Of a stretch of DNA of 37,715 nt, positions 8,486 through 17,742 are shown piece after piece; position 1 is the stretch's first letter, and each line of letters opens with the position of its first letter. Position numbers and translations under genes: made by a program. The notes beneath the pieces are model-generated. The model did no database searches and was not told the DNA's origin. It was given only the letters and a program-made list of their open reading frames with translations. The stretch is from Fusobacteriota bacterium. GTDB lineage: Bacteria > Fusobacteriota > Fusobacteriia > Fusobacteriales > JBNJFI01. The DNA is taken from positions 1 to 37,715 of the forward strand of contig JBNJFI010000009.1 in NCBI GenBank assembly GCA_051746725.1. The letters run 5' to 3'.

Positions 8486-10123
8486 TTATTTACAAAATAA
8501 AGGGATTCTTACTTTGAAAGTAGTCCCTGTACCTTCTTTGGTAGTAAAATCAATATTTCCTCCTATAGCTTCAACTAGTTCCTTTACTATCTTCAAGGAT
8601 ATTCCTGTTCCAGCATATACCTTTGTCATATGATGTTCTCCTTGATAAAATGCTTCAAAGGCTCTTTTAGCTACCTCTTCTTTCATTCCTATACCTGTAT
8701 CAGAAACTATTATTGTAATATAATTATTATTACTTTCTTCTATTTTCACTAATATCTCTCCGTCTGGAGTGAATTTTAAAGCATTTTCCATTAAAAAATA
8801 GATTATATGAACTATTTTAAGTTGATCCCCTGTGTAAACCTTATTATTAACGGCTTTATCTATAGACATTTTCACCTTGGCGTTACTTTTTTGTATAGGA
8901 ATCTTAAGTAAATCTCTTACATCTTTGATTAATTCACTAAATTTAAACTTGCTTTCTCTAATAGAATAATCTTCATTGGCAAGATTATTATGTAATAATA
9001 ATTTTTCTATTAAATCTTCAAGTCTATATGTAGAATCTTTTAATATTGATACCAACTTTTCATTTTCTTTTTCAAAATCACTTGGTAAAAGGTCAATCCC
9101 TCCAATAAGACCTGTAAGTGGAGTTCTTAACTCATGGGACATATTACTTAAAAAATCCTCCTTTATTCTCAAAGCTATTTCAGATTTTTTCATCTCTTCT
9201 TCCAGTTCTTCCATTATTTGATTTTTTTTCTGAATTAATTCGATATTTTCAAAATTTACCTTTATAATATAAATAAAAATTCCAAATAAATAATTTTCTA
9301 TAAGATTAAATCCTCTATCTTTTTTTACGTAACAACAAATTTTATCTCCATTGGATATTTCAAAAAAAGAACATTTAATGAGATTTTCACTCTTTTCTTT
9401 TTCCAAAATTTCCTTTTTAGGTATTTGAATCATTTCGCCAGATTTTGATTTTAAATCTCCTAAACCCGATAATAATCTATAACCATTACTTGATTTCGTA
9501 GCTATATACCCTTCTAAATCGTCTTCAGATCTGTCCCCAAAAATTCTTAATAGATTTTCCATTACTCTATCAGAAAACGACCTTAAATTTTCCTTAGCAT
9601 ATACATCAGTTGTACTTTTAATTATCTTTTCTAGCCCTTTTTTGCTCTGTTCCATGACATCGAGATCTCTATATGCCCTCAAAGCAGAAATTGTAGTAGT
9701 TATTAGTCGTTGAGAAGTTAACTCAGTTTTGTTTTTATAATCATTTATGTCATAATCTCTAATAACTCTTTCCTCAGGCGCTTGTCCTGGCTGACCTGTT
9801 CTCAAAATAATTCGAGTTTTATTATTGTGTAGTTTTTCTCTAACGTATTTAACCACTTCTAAGCCACTATCTTCGCTTTCCATTACGACATCCAAAAATA
9901 AAATTGCTATATCTCTCATACTTTCAATAACTTTTTTGGTTTCCTCTCCAGAATAGCAATTTATAATTTTTATCTTTCTTCCTTCGAGATCTTTATTGTT
10001 TAATATTAATTTTGTAATTTTATGGACATCTTCATTGTCATCTGCTACTAATATTTTCCATTCATTTTCACTTGTTTTTTTTAACTTTTTTTTATTTTTA
10101 TGAAATAACATCTTACTTCCCAT
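8486..10123 (-). CDS. Hybrid two-component protein: N-terminal receiver (REC) domain, central uncharacterised region, C-terminal HisKA + HATPase_c histidine kinase.
   Basis: REC: 'KILVADDNEDVHK...ILFLDVVME' carrying the phospho-Asp. HisKA H-box 'SHELRTPLTGLIGGIDLL'. ATPase G-boxes 'VSDTGIGM' and 'GTGISLKIVKELVEAIGG'. The track start is GTG 10132; the ATG at 10123 has SD 'aggaggtg' 7 nt upstream. Confidence 0.85.
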   Translation of the reverse strand: MGSKMLFHKNKKKLKKTSENEWKILVADDNEDVHKITKLILNNKDLEGRKIKIINCYSGEETKKVIESMRDIAILFLDVVMESEDSGLEVVKYVREKLHNNKTRIILRTGQPGQAPEERVIRDYDINDYKNKTELTSQRLITTTISALRAYRDLDVMEQSKKGLEKIIKSTTDVYAKENLRSFSDRVMENLLRIFGDRSEDDLEGYIATKSSNGYRLLSGLGDLKSKSGEMIQIPKKEILEKEKSENLIKCSFFEISNGDKICCYVKKDRGFNLIENYLFGIFIYIIKVNFENIELIQKKNQIMEELEEEMKKSEIALRIKEDFLSNMSHELRTPLTGLIGGIDLLPSDFEKENEKLVSILKDSTYRLEDLIEKLLLHNNLANEDYSIRESKFKFSELIKDVRDLLKIPIQKSNAKVKMSIDKAVNNKVYTGDQLKIVHIIYFLMENALKFTPDGEILVKIEESNNNYITIIVSDTGIGMKEEVAKRAFEAFYQGEHHMTKVYAGTGISLKIVKELVEAIGGNIDFTTKEGTGTTFKVRIPLFCK

Positions 10124-10204
10124 AAAAATCACCTCCTGATCTATTAACCTAATTAAGTATACTATATATTTTTTTAAATATCAAAAGAAATTACCCAAAA
10201 AAAA

Positions 10205-10231
10205 GAAAGGCTTTTAGCCTCTCTTTTTTTT
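10205..10231 (-). terminator. Intrinsic terminator (A-run, hairpin, T-run) downstream of the MIF-like gene.
   Basis: 'aaaaaaaagaaaggcttttagcctctctttttttt' with stem 'aggct'/'agcct' extended by a few pairs. The flanking A8 and T8 runs make it bidirectional. Confidence 0.55.
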
Positions 10232-10256
10232 GCTTTTAATATTATTTTATTTTAAG

Positions 10257-10616
10257 TTAAGTTCTGCTAGCAAATGTTTTACCATTAAATCCCCAGTCTT
10301 GACGCTCCATCTCAAAAAAGGTTATATAAATCTTATTTGAATCTACATTTAATATTTCATTATATAGCTTTCCAATTCTATTAGTCAAAATATCTTTTTG
10401 TTCTATATTAAGTTTTCCTAATAATTTAATCTCTACATAAGATACCGTATCTAATTTGCCTCCTAAATATATTCTTTTCTCATCTTCAATATTGATCATT
10501 AAAGCTCTTTCAGGTTTTCCGATCTCTTCTTCCATTATCTTTGCAAAACCATGTTTAAGATCTATTTCTTCAGTCTTCGTAACTGCTTTTCCTATCTTAG
10601 TTTCTATAAATGGCAT
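10257..10616 (-). CDS. MIF (macrophage migration inhibitory factor)-family tautomerase homologue with N-terminal Pro1.
   Basis: From the ATG at 10616 the protein begins 'MPFIETKIG...' (Pro right after Met, the tautomerase-superfamily catalytic residue). It is ~118 aa and ends '...IYITFFEMERQDWGFNGKTFA', which parallels the MIF C-terminus '...[20 protein letters not shown]'. SD 'aaaggtga' lies 5 nt upstream. The track start at 10625 is GTG. Confidence 0.6.
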   Translation of the reverse strand: MPFIETKIGKAVTKTEEIDLKHGFAKIMEEEIGKPERALMINIEDEKRIYLGGKLDTVSYVEIKLLGKLNIEQKDILTNRIGKLYNEILNVDSNKIYITFFEMERQDWGFNGKTFASRT

Positions 10617-10632
10617 CAAAATCACCTTTTCC

Positions 10633-11277
10633 TTATTTGATTTTTTCTATTTCTTCTAAAAATTTCTGAATAGGTTGATCTCCTGTGAATTCGTACTCGT
10701 CATTTATTACTATTTTAGGTACACCTCTTACATTAAATTTTTTTGAAAGCTCCTGAAATGTTTGAGCTTCAATCATCTCTCCTGAAATGTGGTCGTTTAA
10801 CATCGCTAATTTATGAGCTTTAGAAACTGCTCCTGGACAATGCGGACATGATAATGTTACAAAAACTTTTATATCTACATCCTTATCTATCGCTTTTATT
10901 TTTTTAGTTATTTCCTCTGGCAGATCATGACCAGAACCTGAAACTTCTAATATTCCATTTACAAAAGAATTAATCTCATGTCCAGCTGGTATTCCATAAT
11001 ATTTTACTCCATTATTTTTCTTATTAGAATCTAAAATTACTATTGCTGGAGCTTTATCAACTTTAAGATCCTCTGCCATTTTTTTATCTTTTTCTATATC
11101 ATATATTTCTAAATTAATTTTTTCAGATAAATCCTGTATCTCATTCATAAAACCTTTGGTATCCTCACATATTTCACATCCATCTTCTTTTAAAAATAAA
11201 ACTAAATTCACCTCATCTTTTAATTTTGAAAATACTTCTTTTAGTTGACCACTTACTTCTTCATTTAATAAACTCAT
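10633..11277 (-). CDS. Protein disulfide oxidoreductase / glutaredoxin-like protein with two thioredoxin-fold units (CxxC x2).
   Basis: Two CXXC motifs ('CEIC' near the N-terminus and 'CPHCP' in the second half) at the spacing typical of archaeal/Thermotogae PDO-type proteins. The RBS is 'aggagg'. Confidence 0.75.
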   Translation of the reverse strand: MSLLNEEVSGQLKEVFSKLKDEVNLVLFLKEDGCEICEDTKGFMNEIQDLSEKINLEIYDIEKDKKMAEDLKVDKAPAIVILDSNKKNNGVKYYGIPAGHEINSFVNGILEVSGSGHDLPEEITKKIKAIDKDVDIKVFVTLSCPHCPGAVSKAHKLAMLNDHISGEMIEAQTFQELSKKFNVRGVPKIVINDEYEFTGDQPIQKFLEEIEKIK

Positions 11278-11325
11278 TTTTTCCTCCTATTTAATTTTTA
11301 TAAAAATATATCATTTTATATTACT

Positions 11326-11703
11326 TTAACAGTCATTTAGTTCTAAATTTAAAGCTTTGACAGAAATCCTGATTTCTAACATAGACAGTAATAGAGAAAA
11401 CAATAGAAATATTAATCCTACTCCAAATAATATCTTCCCCCAAAATTGTTGTTCAACAAATAGTAACATCATACTGAATACTGAGAAAAATAGACTTGTT
11501 ATCCCTAAAAATTGCATATTCTTAATCAAGTTTATTCTGGTTTTTAAATTTTTAATTTGCCCTGAAATAATAGAGTCATCTCCTGAACTTTTCTTTCTAT
11601 GCAATTCTCTTACTAGTCTTGCTAACTCCAAAAATCTATTTGTATATGCAAGCAAAAGAAGAGATAATGCAGAAAAAAGTAAAGCTGGTGTTGTCAAAGT
11701 CAT
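11326..11703 (-). CDS. Small membrane protein (DUF2721-like), three predicted TM helices.
   Basis: Hydrophobic N- and C-terminal helices and a basic loop 'RLVRELHRKKSSGDD'. The RBS is 'aaggagg'. Confidence 0.45.
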   Translation of the reverse strand: MTLTTPALLFSALSLLLLAYTNRFLELARLVRELHRKKSSGDDSIISGQIKNLKTRINLIKNMQFLGITSLFFSVFSMMLLFVEQQFWGKILFGVGLIFLLFSLLLSMLEIRISVKALNLELNDC

Positions 11704-11774
11704 ATTGAACCTCCTTTCATATTAATATATTGTAATATAAATCAATATAAAAGTCAACCTTAATTACATAAATA

Positions 11775-11815
11775 ATAAAAAAAGCGACAGATTGATCTAA
11801 TCTGTCGCTTTTTAT
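11775..11815 (-). terminator. Intrinsic terminator downstream of glgP.
   Basis: 'aaaaaaagcgacagattgatctaatctgtcgcttttt' with an 11-bp stem 'agcgacagatt'/'aatctgtcgct', flanked by A- and T-runs. Confidence 0.65.
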
Positions 11816-11819
11816 TATT

Positions 11820-14270
11820 CTATTTAACGTTAACTGATTCTATTTTCCATATTTCATCTGAATATTGTCTTATTGTTCTATCACTTGAGAATTTTCCAGC
11901 ATTAGCTATATTCATAAGTGACATTTTAGCCCATTTCTTTTTATCTCTATATGCAGCATCTACATCTTCCTGAGATTTTACATATGAATCAAAATCTTTT
12001 AATACATAATAAACATCAGGTCTATTACCATCTAATCCATGCATTAAAGAGTCATAAATATCTCTAAAAATTTCAGTATGATCAACATTATATGTTCCAT
12101 CTATTAATTGATCTACAACTTTTTTCAAGTCAGGGTTACTGTTATATATATCCCATGGATTGTATTGTCCATTTTTATTTAATTTTTCTATTTCATCTGA
12201 ATCTAAACCAAAGATAAATGCATTTTCTTCTCCTGCTTCTTCTACTATCTCAACATTTGCACCATCCATTGTTCCTATTGTTAAAGCCCCATTCAACATA
12301 AACTTCATATTTCCAGTTCCAGAAGCCTCTTTTCCAGCAGTTGATATTTGCTCTGAAATATCAGCAGCAGGGAATAATAATTCTGCATTTGAAACTCTAT
12401 AGTTTTCAATAAATACAACTTTTAATTTTCCATTTATTGATTCATCATTATTGATTCTTTCTCCTACAGTATTTATCAATTTAATTATATCTTTTGCAAT
12501 ATCATATCCAGAAGCCGCTTTTGCTCCAAATATAAATGTTCTTGGATGTATATCTTTTTCTGGATTTTCTTTTAAGTCGTTATATAGTTTCATTATATGT
12601 AAGACATTTAATAATTGTCTCTTATATTCATGAAGTCTTTTAATCTGAATATCAAATATTGAATTAGGATCCACTACAATTCCATTATGTTCTTTGATAT
12701 ATTCAGCTAATTCAACTTTCTTCTCATGTTTAATTTCCATTACTCTATCTAAGATAGCATCATCATCAACAAATTTTTCGAATTCTTCTAATTTTGAAAG
12801 CTCTTTTGCCCAATCTGTACCTATTTTATCATTTAATAAGTCTGATAAAGCTTTATTAGATTTAAGTAGCCATCTTCTCTGTGTTATTCCATTTGTTTTG
12901 TTATTAAATTTCTCTGGGTATAACTCATACCAATCTTTTAATTCTTGATTTTTCAATATTTCTGTATGTAATGCAGCAACACCATTTACTGAATGTGATC
13001 CAACAATAGCCAACCAAGCCATTTTTATAACTCCATCTGCTATGATTCCCATTCTATGATGTCTAGCCCAGTCTCCTGGATATTTCCCTCTTAATTCTAA
13101 TAAAAATCTTCTATTTATTTCTTCTATTATTTGATATTGTCTCGGTAATAAATTTTTAAATAAATCTATTGGCCATTTTTCCAAAGCTTCTGCCAATATT
13201 GTATGGTTTGTATATGCAAAAGTTCTTGTACATATATCCCATGCTGTCTCCCAATCTAGATTTTCCCATCTCATTAATATTCTCATTAATTCAGGAATTG
13301 CAACAACTGGATGCGTATCATTTAATTGTATTGCAACTTTTTCTGGAAATTGAGAAAAGTCTGAACCATATTTTTCTCTATAGTTTTGAACTATATCTTG
13401 TAAACTTGCTGAAACAAAGAAAAATTGTTGTCTCAATCTTAATTCTTTTCCAGAAGGTCCTTTATCATTTGGATATAAAACTCTTGATATATCTTCTGCT
13501 CTATTTCCTTTTTCAACAGATTCTGTATATCTTTCTTGATTAAATAACTGCAGATCAAACTCATTTTCAGCTTCTGCTTCCCATAATCTCAAAGTATTAA
13601 CTGTTTTAGTATCATAACCAACAATTGGCATATCATAAGGTATAGCTTCTACTCTTTCAGTACCTTTTCTTATATATGTTTCTGTTCCATCATCTGCTCT
13701 TTCTACCTCTATATGTCCACCAAATTTAACTATTACAGCTTCATCTTTTCTTTTTATAGTCCAAGCATCTCCATCTTCTAGCCATTTATCAGGATATTCT
13801 ACTTGGTAACCATTTTCTATTCTTTGTTCAAACATTCCATATTTATACTTTATTCCGTAACCATGTCCAGGTAATTCTAGTGTAGCTAAAGAATCTAAAA
13901 AACAAGCAGCTAATCTTCCTAAACCACCATTTCCTAATCCAGCATCAGACTCCTTATCTTCCACCTCATTATAATTAAATCCTAAATCATCTAAAACATC
14001 TTTTACATCTTCTTCAATAAGCATATTTACTAAGTTATTACTTAATGCTCTACCCATTAAAAATTCTGCTGATAAATAATAAGCTTGTTTAACCTCTTTT
14101 TCATCATATGTTTTTTTTGTGTCTACCCAATTTTCTAATACAAGATCCATTGTAGCTTTAGATACTGCTTGAAATACTTGGTTTTCATTTGCTTCTTCTA
14201 AAGTTTTTCCAAATTGCTCTTTCATTTTTAATTTCAAATTACTCTTAAATTCGTTTCTATCAATATTCAT
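11820..14270 (-). CDS. glgP: Glycogen/maltodextrin phosphorylase (GT35).
   Basis: 816 aa. PLP-site motif 'EASGTGNMKFMLNGALTIGTMDGANVEI'. Also 'NGGLGRLAACFLDS' and 'YPND' motifs. Confidence 0.95.
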   Translation of the reverse strand: MNIDRNEFKSNLKLKMKEQFGKTLEEANENQVFQAVSKATMDLVLENWVDTKKTYDEKEVKQAYYLSAEFLMGRALSNNLVNMLIEEDVKDVLDDLGFNYNEVEDKESDAGLGNGGLGRLAACFLDSLATLELPGHGYGIKYKYGMFEQRIENGYQVEYPDKWLEDGDAWTIKRKDEAVIVKFGGHIEVERADDGTETYIRKGTERVEAIPYDMPIVGYDTKTVNTLRLWEAEAENEFDLQLFNQERYTESVEKGNRAEDISRVLYPNDKGPSGKELRLRQQFFFVSASLQDIVQNYREKYGSDFSQFPEKVAIQLNDTHPVVAIPELMRILMRWENLDWETAWDICTRTFAYTNHTILAEALEKWPIDLFKNLLPRQYQIIEEINRRFLLELRGKYPGDWARHHRMGIIADGVIKMAWLAIVGSHSVNGVAALHTEILKNQELKDWYELYPEKFNNKTNGITQRRWLLKSNKALSDLLNDKIGTDWAKELSKLEEFEKFVDDDAILDRVMEIKHEKKVELAEYIKEHNGIVVDPNSIFDIQIKRLHEYKRQLLNVLHIMKLYNDLKENPEKDIHPRTFIFGAKAASGYDIAKDIIKLINTVGERINNDESINGKLKVVFIENYRVSNAELLFPAADISEQISTAGKEASGTGNMKFMLNGALTIGTMDGANVEIVEEAGEENAFIFGLDSDEIEKLNKNGQYNPWDIYNSNPDLKKVVDQLIDGTYNVDHTEIFRDIYDSLMHGLDGNRPDVYYVLKDFDSYVKSQEDVDAAYRDKKKWAKMSLMNIANAGKFSSDRTIRQYSDEIWKIESVNVK

Positions 14271-14339
14271 TATTGATATCTCCTTTCAAATTGTCAAATT
14301 TTTATTAAAATATGTTTCTTTATTATTAGTTGCTCGTAT

Positions 14340-14368
14340 ATTATACCTATTTTAATACAAATTGTCAA
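14340..14368 (-). promoter_or_regulatory. Consensus sigma70 promoter for glgP on the minus strand: TTGACA, 17-bp spacer, TATAAT.
   Basis: The rc of 14340-14368 is 'ttgaca atttgtattaaaatagg tataat'. A second 'aaattgtcaaattt' copy at 14288-14301 may be a tandem -35-like element or operator. Confidence 0.5.
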
Positions 14369-14446
14369 ATTTTAAAAGCTAAAGTTTATTTCAAGTTTTC
14401 ATAATTTCACTTCTTTCTTATATTTCTTTACATAAACGCGAGATTA

Positions 14447-14483
14447 TACAAAAAAGGGAACCCAAGATTGGGTTCCCTTTTTT
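14447..14483 (-). terminator. Intrinsic terminator downstream of the repeat-lipoprotein gene.
   Basis: 'aaaaaagggaacccaagattgggttccctttttt' with a 9-bp GC-containing stem 'gggaaccca'/'tgggttccc', flanked by A- and T-runs. Confidence 0.65.
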
Positions 14484-14505
14484 GTATAATTTAGATAAAA
14501 TATTT

Positions 14506-15560
14506 TTATCTTCGTTCTACAGCTATTTTTGCTAATTGTTTTATTAATTGTGACATCAAACTTTGAAATTCTTTATAACTTTCTTCCAAAGACATTTCCG
14601 ATAAATCTTTTCCTTCTACTTTTTCACCTTTTATTGCAGAAAGTAAATTTATTCCATCTTCATAATCTTTTACTATTTCATCTTTTGATCTTTCTATTTC
14701 TACTTCTTGCTTTGCCCCTTCTGAACCTATTGCTTTAATTACTTCAGATATTACCTTTTGAAATTCTTTATAACTTTCTTCCAAAGACATTTCCGATAAA
14801 TCTTTTACTTTTACTTTTTCATTTTTTATTGCAGAAAGAACATTTGATGCATCTTTATAATCTCTTATAATCTCTTCTTTTGATTTTTCTATAGCTATTT
14901 CCCTTTCAGCACCTGCTAATCCTAATTCTTGAACTAACATTGATATTATGTTCTGGAACTCTCTATAGCTTTCTTCCAAGGACATTTCCGATAAATCTTT
15001 TTCTTCTACTTTTTCACCTTTTATTGAAGAAAGTAAATTTATTCCATCTTTATAATCATTTATAATTTCTTCCTTTGATCTTTGAATCTTTAACTCTTGT
15101 TCAGCTCCAGCTTTACCTAAAGCTTCTATTAATTGTGAAATTACATTTTGAAATTCCTTATAAGCTTTTTCTGTTGTCATTTCATCCAATTTTTTCGCTT
15201 CTTTTTTCTCTCCTGTTAGTAAAGATAAAAGTTTTATACCATCTTCATAATCCTTTATGATATCAAGCTTTAATGATAATCCTTCAGTTTCTTGAACTCT
15301 TGTATTTAAAGCTCTAGATAAATGACCCATTATTTTTTCCATTACATTTTGAAATTCCTCATAAGCTGCAGCTGGCGTCATCTTTGTTAAGTCTTTCTTT
15401 TTAATCTCTTTTTCTTCTATTATTGATAACATTTCTAGTGCATTTTCATAATCTTCATTGATTTTGTTAATTGGTTTTTCAAATCCTTGTTTATACAATT
15501 CTTGTCTGATTTGATTATTTGTAGCCTTTAGAGTATCATAAAGTTCCTCTTCTGACATTG
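14506..15560. repeat. ~195-bp tandem DNA repeats (about 5 diverged copies) inside the lipoprotein CDS.
   Basis: The near-identical segment 'ctttataactttcttccaaagacatttccgataaatctttt' recurs at about 14573, 14766 and 14961. The period equals 65 codons. Confidence 0.7.
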
Positions 15561-15786
15561 TACTTACATCTTTGGACTTAACTTCCTCCCCTGTTAATGT
15601 TGCTAATATTTTTCTATTTAACTTATAATCTTTCTTTAAAGTCTCTGACAATTGACTCTCTACTTTCTCCTCTTTTACAGCTTTAGATTCCATAGCCTTA
15701 GATTCTTCCGTCTCACTAGTAGTACACCCTCCAATTAGCAACAATGAAGACAATAAAACACCAAGCATAAAATTTCTCTTTCTCAT
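14506..15786 (-). CDS. Lipoprotein made of about five and a half tandem copies of a ~65-aa helical repeat. Function unknown.
   Basis: Signal peptide plus lipobox 'LLLIGGCTTS'. The repeat unit is roughly 'KDLSEMSLEESYKEFQxxISxLxxxLGxAGAxxExxIExSKEEIIxDYKDGINLLSxIKGEKV'. The RBS is 'gggagggg'. Confidence 0.7.
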   Translation of the reverse strand: MRKRNFMLGVLLSSLLLIGGCTTSETEESKAMESKAVKEEKVESQLSETLKKDYKLNRKILATLTGEEVKSKDVSTMSEEELYDTLKATNNQIRQELYKQGFEKPINKINEDYENALEMLSIIEEKEIKKKDLTKMTPAAAYEEFQNVMEKIMGHLSRALNTRVQETEGLSLKLDIIKDYEDGIKLLSLLTGEKKEAKKLDEMTTEKAYKEFQNVISQLIEALGKAGAEQELKIQRSKEEIINDYKDGINLLSSIKGEKVEEKDLSEMSLEESYREFQNIISMLVQELGLAGAEREIAIEKSKEEIIRDYKDASNVLSAIKNEKVKVKDLSEMSLEESYKEFQKVISEVIKAIGSEGAKQEVEIERSKDEIVKDYEDGINLLSAIKGEKVEGKDLSEMSLEESYKEFQSLMSQLIKQLAKIAVERR

Positions 15787-15926
15787 AATTTACCCCTCCC
15801 ATTTATTTTTATTTTAACTTTCAAGTAAGTATACTTTATAATTTTTGATAAATCAAACTTTTTTTCAAATTTATCAAAAAAGATTAGTATCACCCCTTTT
15901 TTGAGCAATTCTAATCTTTTTTGATT

Positions 15927-17726
15927 TTAGTTATCTAATTTTAATATTGACAAAAAAGCTTCTTGTGGAATATCTACGCTTCCTATATTTTTCATTCTTT
16001 TCTTTCCTTCTTTTTGCTTTTCAAGTAGTTTCTTTTTACGAGTAATGTCTCCACCGTAACATTTTGACAACACATCTTTTCTCAAAGCTTTTATTGTAGA
16101 TCTAGCAATTACCTTACTTCCAATTGCTGCTTGTAAAGGAATTTTAAATTGCTTTTTTGGTATTACATTTTTTAATTTTTCAACAACTGCTTTTCCTCTA
16201 TTATATGCAGAATCTCGATGTATAATAAATGAAAATGCATCTACAACTTCTTTATTTACTAGAATATTTACTTTCGTTAAATCAGATTTTCTATAATCCA
16301 AAGTCTCATATTCAAAAGAAGCATATCCTCTAGTTTTTGACTTTAATTTATCATAAAAATCTACTATTATTTCTGCTAAAGGAAGCTCATATTTTATCAT
16401 AACTCTATCTTCATCAAGATATTTCATATCTTTAAATTCCCCTCGTTTTTCCTGGCAAAGTTCCATAACATTACCAACGAACTCTTCAGGGATCATTACA
16501 GTTCCTTCTATATAAGGTTCTTCAACATAATCTATTTGACCATCTGGATATTCTATAGGGCTATCTATTTCTAATACTTCTCCATCACTTTTAGCTACTC
16601 TGTATATTACACTTGGGCTAGTAGAAATAAGATCAATTCCATATTCACGCCTTAATCTTTCAACTATTATCTCCATATGCAAAAGGCCCAAAAATCCAGC
16701 TCTAAATCCAAATCCTAAAACAGAAGAACTTTCTGGTTCAAAATATAAAGAAGCATCATTTAATTGTAACTTTTCTATTGCATCTCTAAGATCTTCATAA
16801 TCATCTGTTGATATAGGGTAAATCCCTGCATATACCATTGGCTGACTTTCTTGATACCCTGATAAAGGTTCAGTCGCCCTATTATATGCTAGAGTGATGG
16901 TATCTCCAATTTTTGTATCCGCTATATTTTTTATTCCTGAGATAATATAACCAACATCTCCGGCTTTAAGTGAACCTGTTTCTTTTCTAGTAGGAGAAAA
17001 AATCCCTACTTCTAAAACTTCAAATTTTTGCTTAGTTGACATTATCTCTATTTGATCCCCTTTTTTGACTTGACCTTCCATTACTCTTGTATATGTAATT
17101 ACACCTCTATAATCATCAAAATGTGAATCAAATATTAAAGATCTCAAAGGTTTATCAATTTCAAACTTTGGTGCTGGAATACGTTTTACTATTGCCTCTA
17201 ATAAGTCTTGGGTTCCTTCTCCTGTCTTTCCACTGGTAAGAACTGCATCCGATGCATCTATTCCAACAACTTCTTCTATCTCCTTTTTCACTTTTTCAAT
17301 GTTGGCATTGGGAAGATCTATTTTATTTATTACTGGAATTATCTCTAAATCATGTTCTAAAGCTAAATAAACATTTGCCAATGTCTGAGCCTCAACACCT
17401 TGAGTTGCATCTACTATTAATAAGCATCCCTCACAAGCTGTCAAGCTTCTCGAAACTTCATAAATAAAATCAACATGGCCAGGTGTATCTATCATATTTA
17501 ATTTATATTTCTGATTATCTTTGGCATCATAAAAACATGTAACGGCCTGTGATTTTATAGTGATTCCTTTTTCTCTTTCCAAATCCATACTATCTAATAA
17601 TTGTTCTTTCATATCTCTTTTCGTTATTGTTCCTGTATATTCTAACATTCTATCTGCCAAAGTCGATTTTCCATGATCAATATGAGCAATAATAGAAAAA
17701 TTTCGAATATTTTCTGCTTTTTTCAA
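15927..17726 (-). CDS. lepA: Translation elongation factor 4 (LepA).
   Basis: '[18 protein letters not shown]' G1 motif, 'DTPGHVDF' G3 and the LepA-specific C-terminal domain. ~599 aa. The start is TTG at 17726 with 'aggagg' upstream. Confidence 0.95.
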   Translation of the reverse strand: MKKAENIRNFSIIAHIDHGKSTLADRMLEYTGTITKRDMKEQLLDSMDLEREKGITIKSQAVTCFYDAKDNQKYKLNMIDTPGHVDFIYEVSRSLTACEGCLLIVDATQGVEAQTLANVYLALEHDLEIIPVINKIDLPNANIEKVKKEIEEVVGIDASDAVLTSGKTGEGTQDLLEAIVKRIPAPKFEIDKPLRSLIFDSHFDDYRGVITYTRVMEGQVKKGDQIEIMSTKQKFEVLEVGIFSPTRKETGSLKAGDVGYIISGIKNIADTKIGDTITLAYNRATEPLSGYQESQPMVYAGIYPISTDDYEDLRDAIEKLQLNDASLYFEPESSSVLGFGFRAGFLGLLHMEIIVERLRREYGIDLISTSPSVIYRVAKSDGEVLEIDSPIEYPDGQIDYVEEPYIEGTVMIPEEFVGNVMELCQEKRGEFKDMKYLDEDRVMIKYELPLAEIIVDFYDKLKSKTRGYASFEYETLDYRKSDLTKVNILVNKEVVDAFSFIIHRDSAYNRGKAVVEKLKNVIPKKQFKIPLQAAIGSKVIARSTIKALRKDVLSKCYGGDITRKKKLLEKQKEGKKRMKNIGSVDIPQEAFLSILKLDN

Positions 17727-17742
17727 AATCTAGTCCTCCTAT

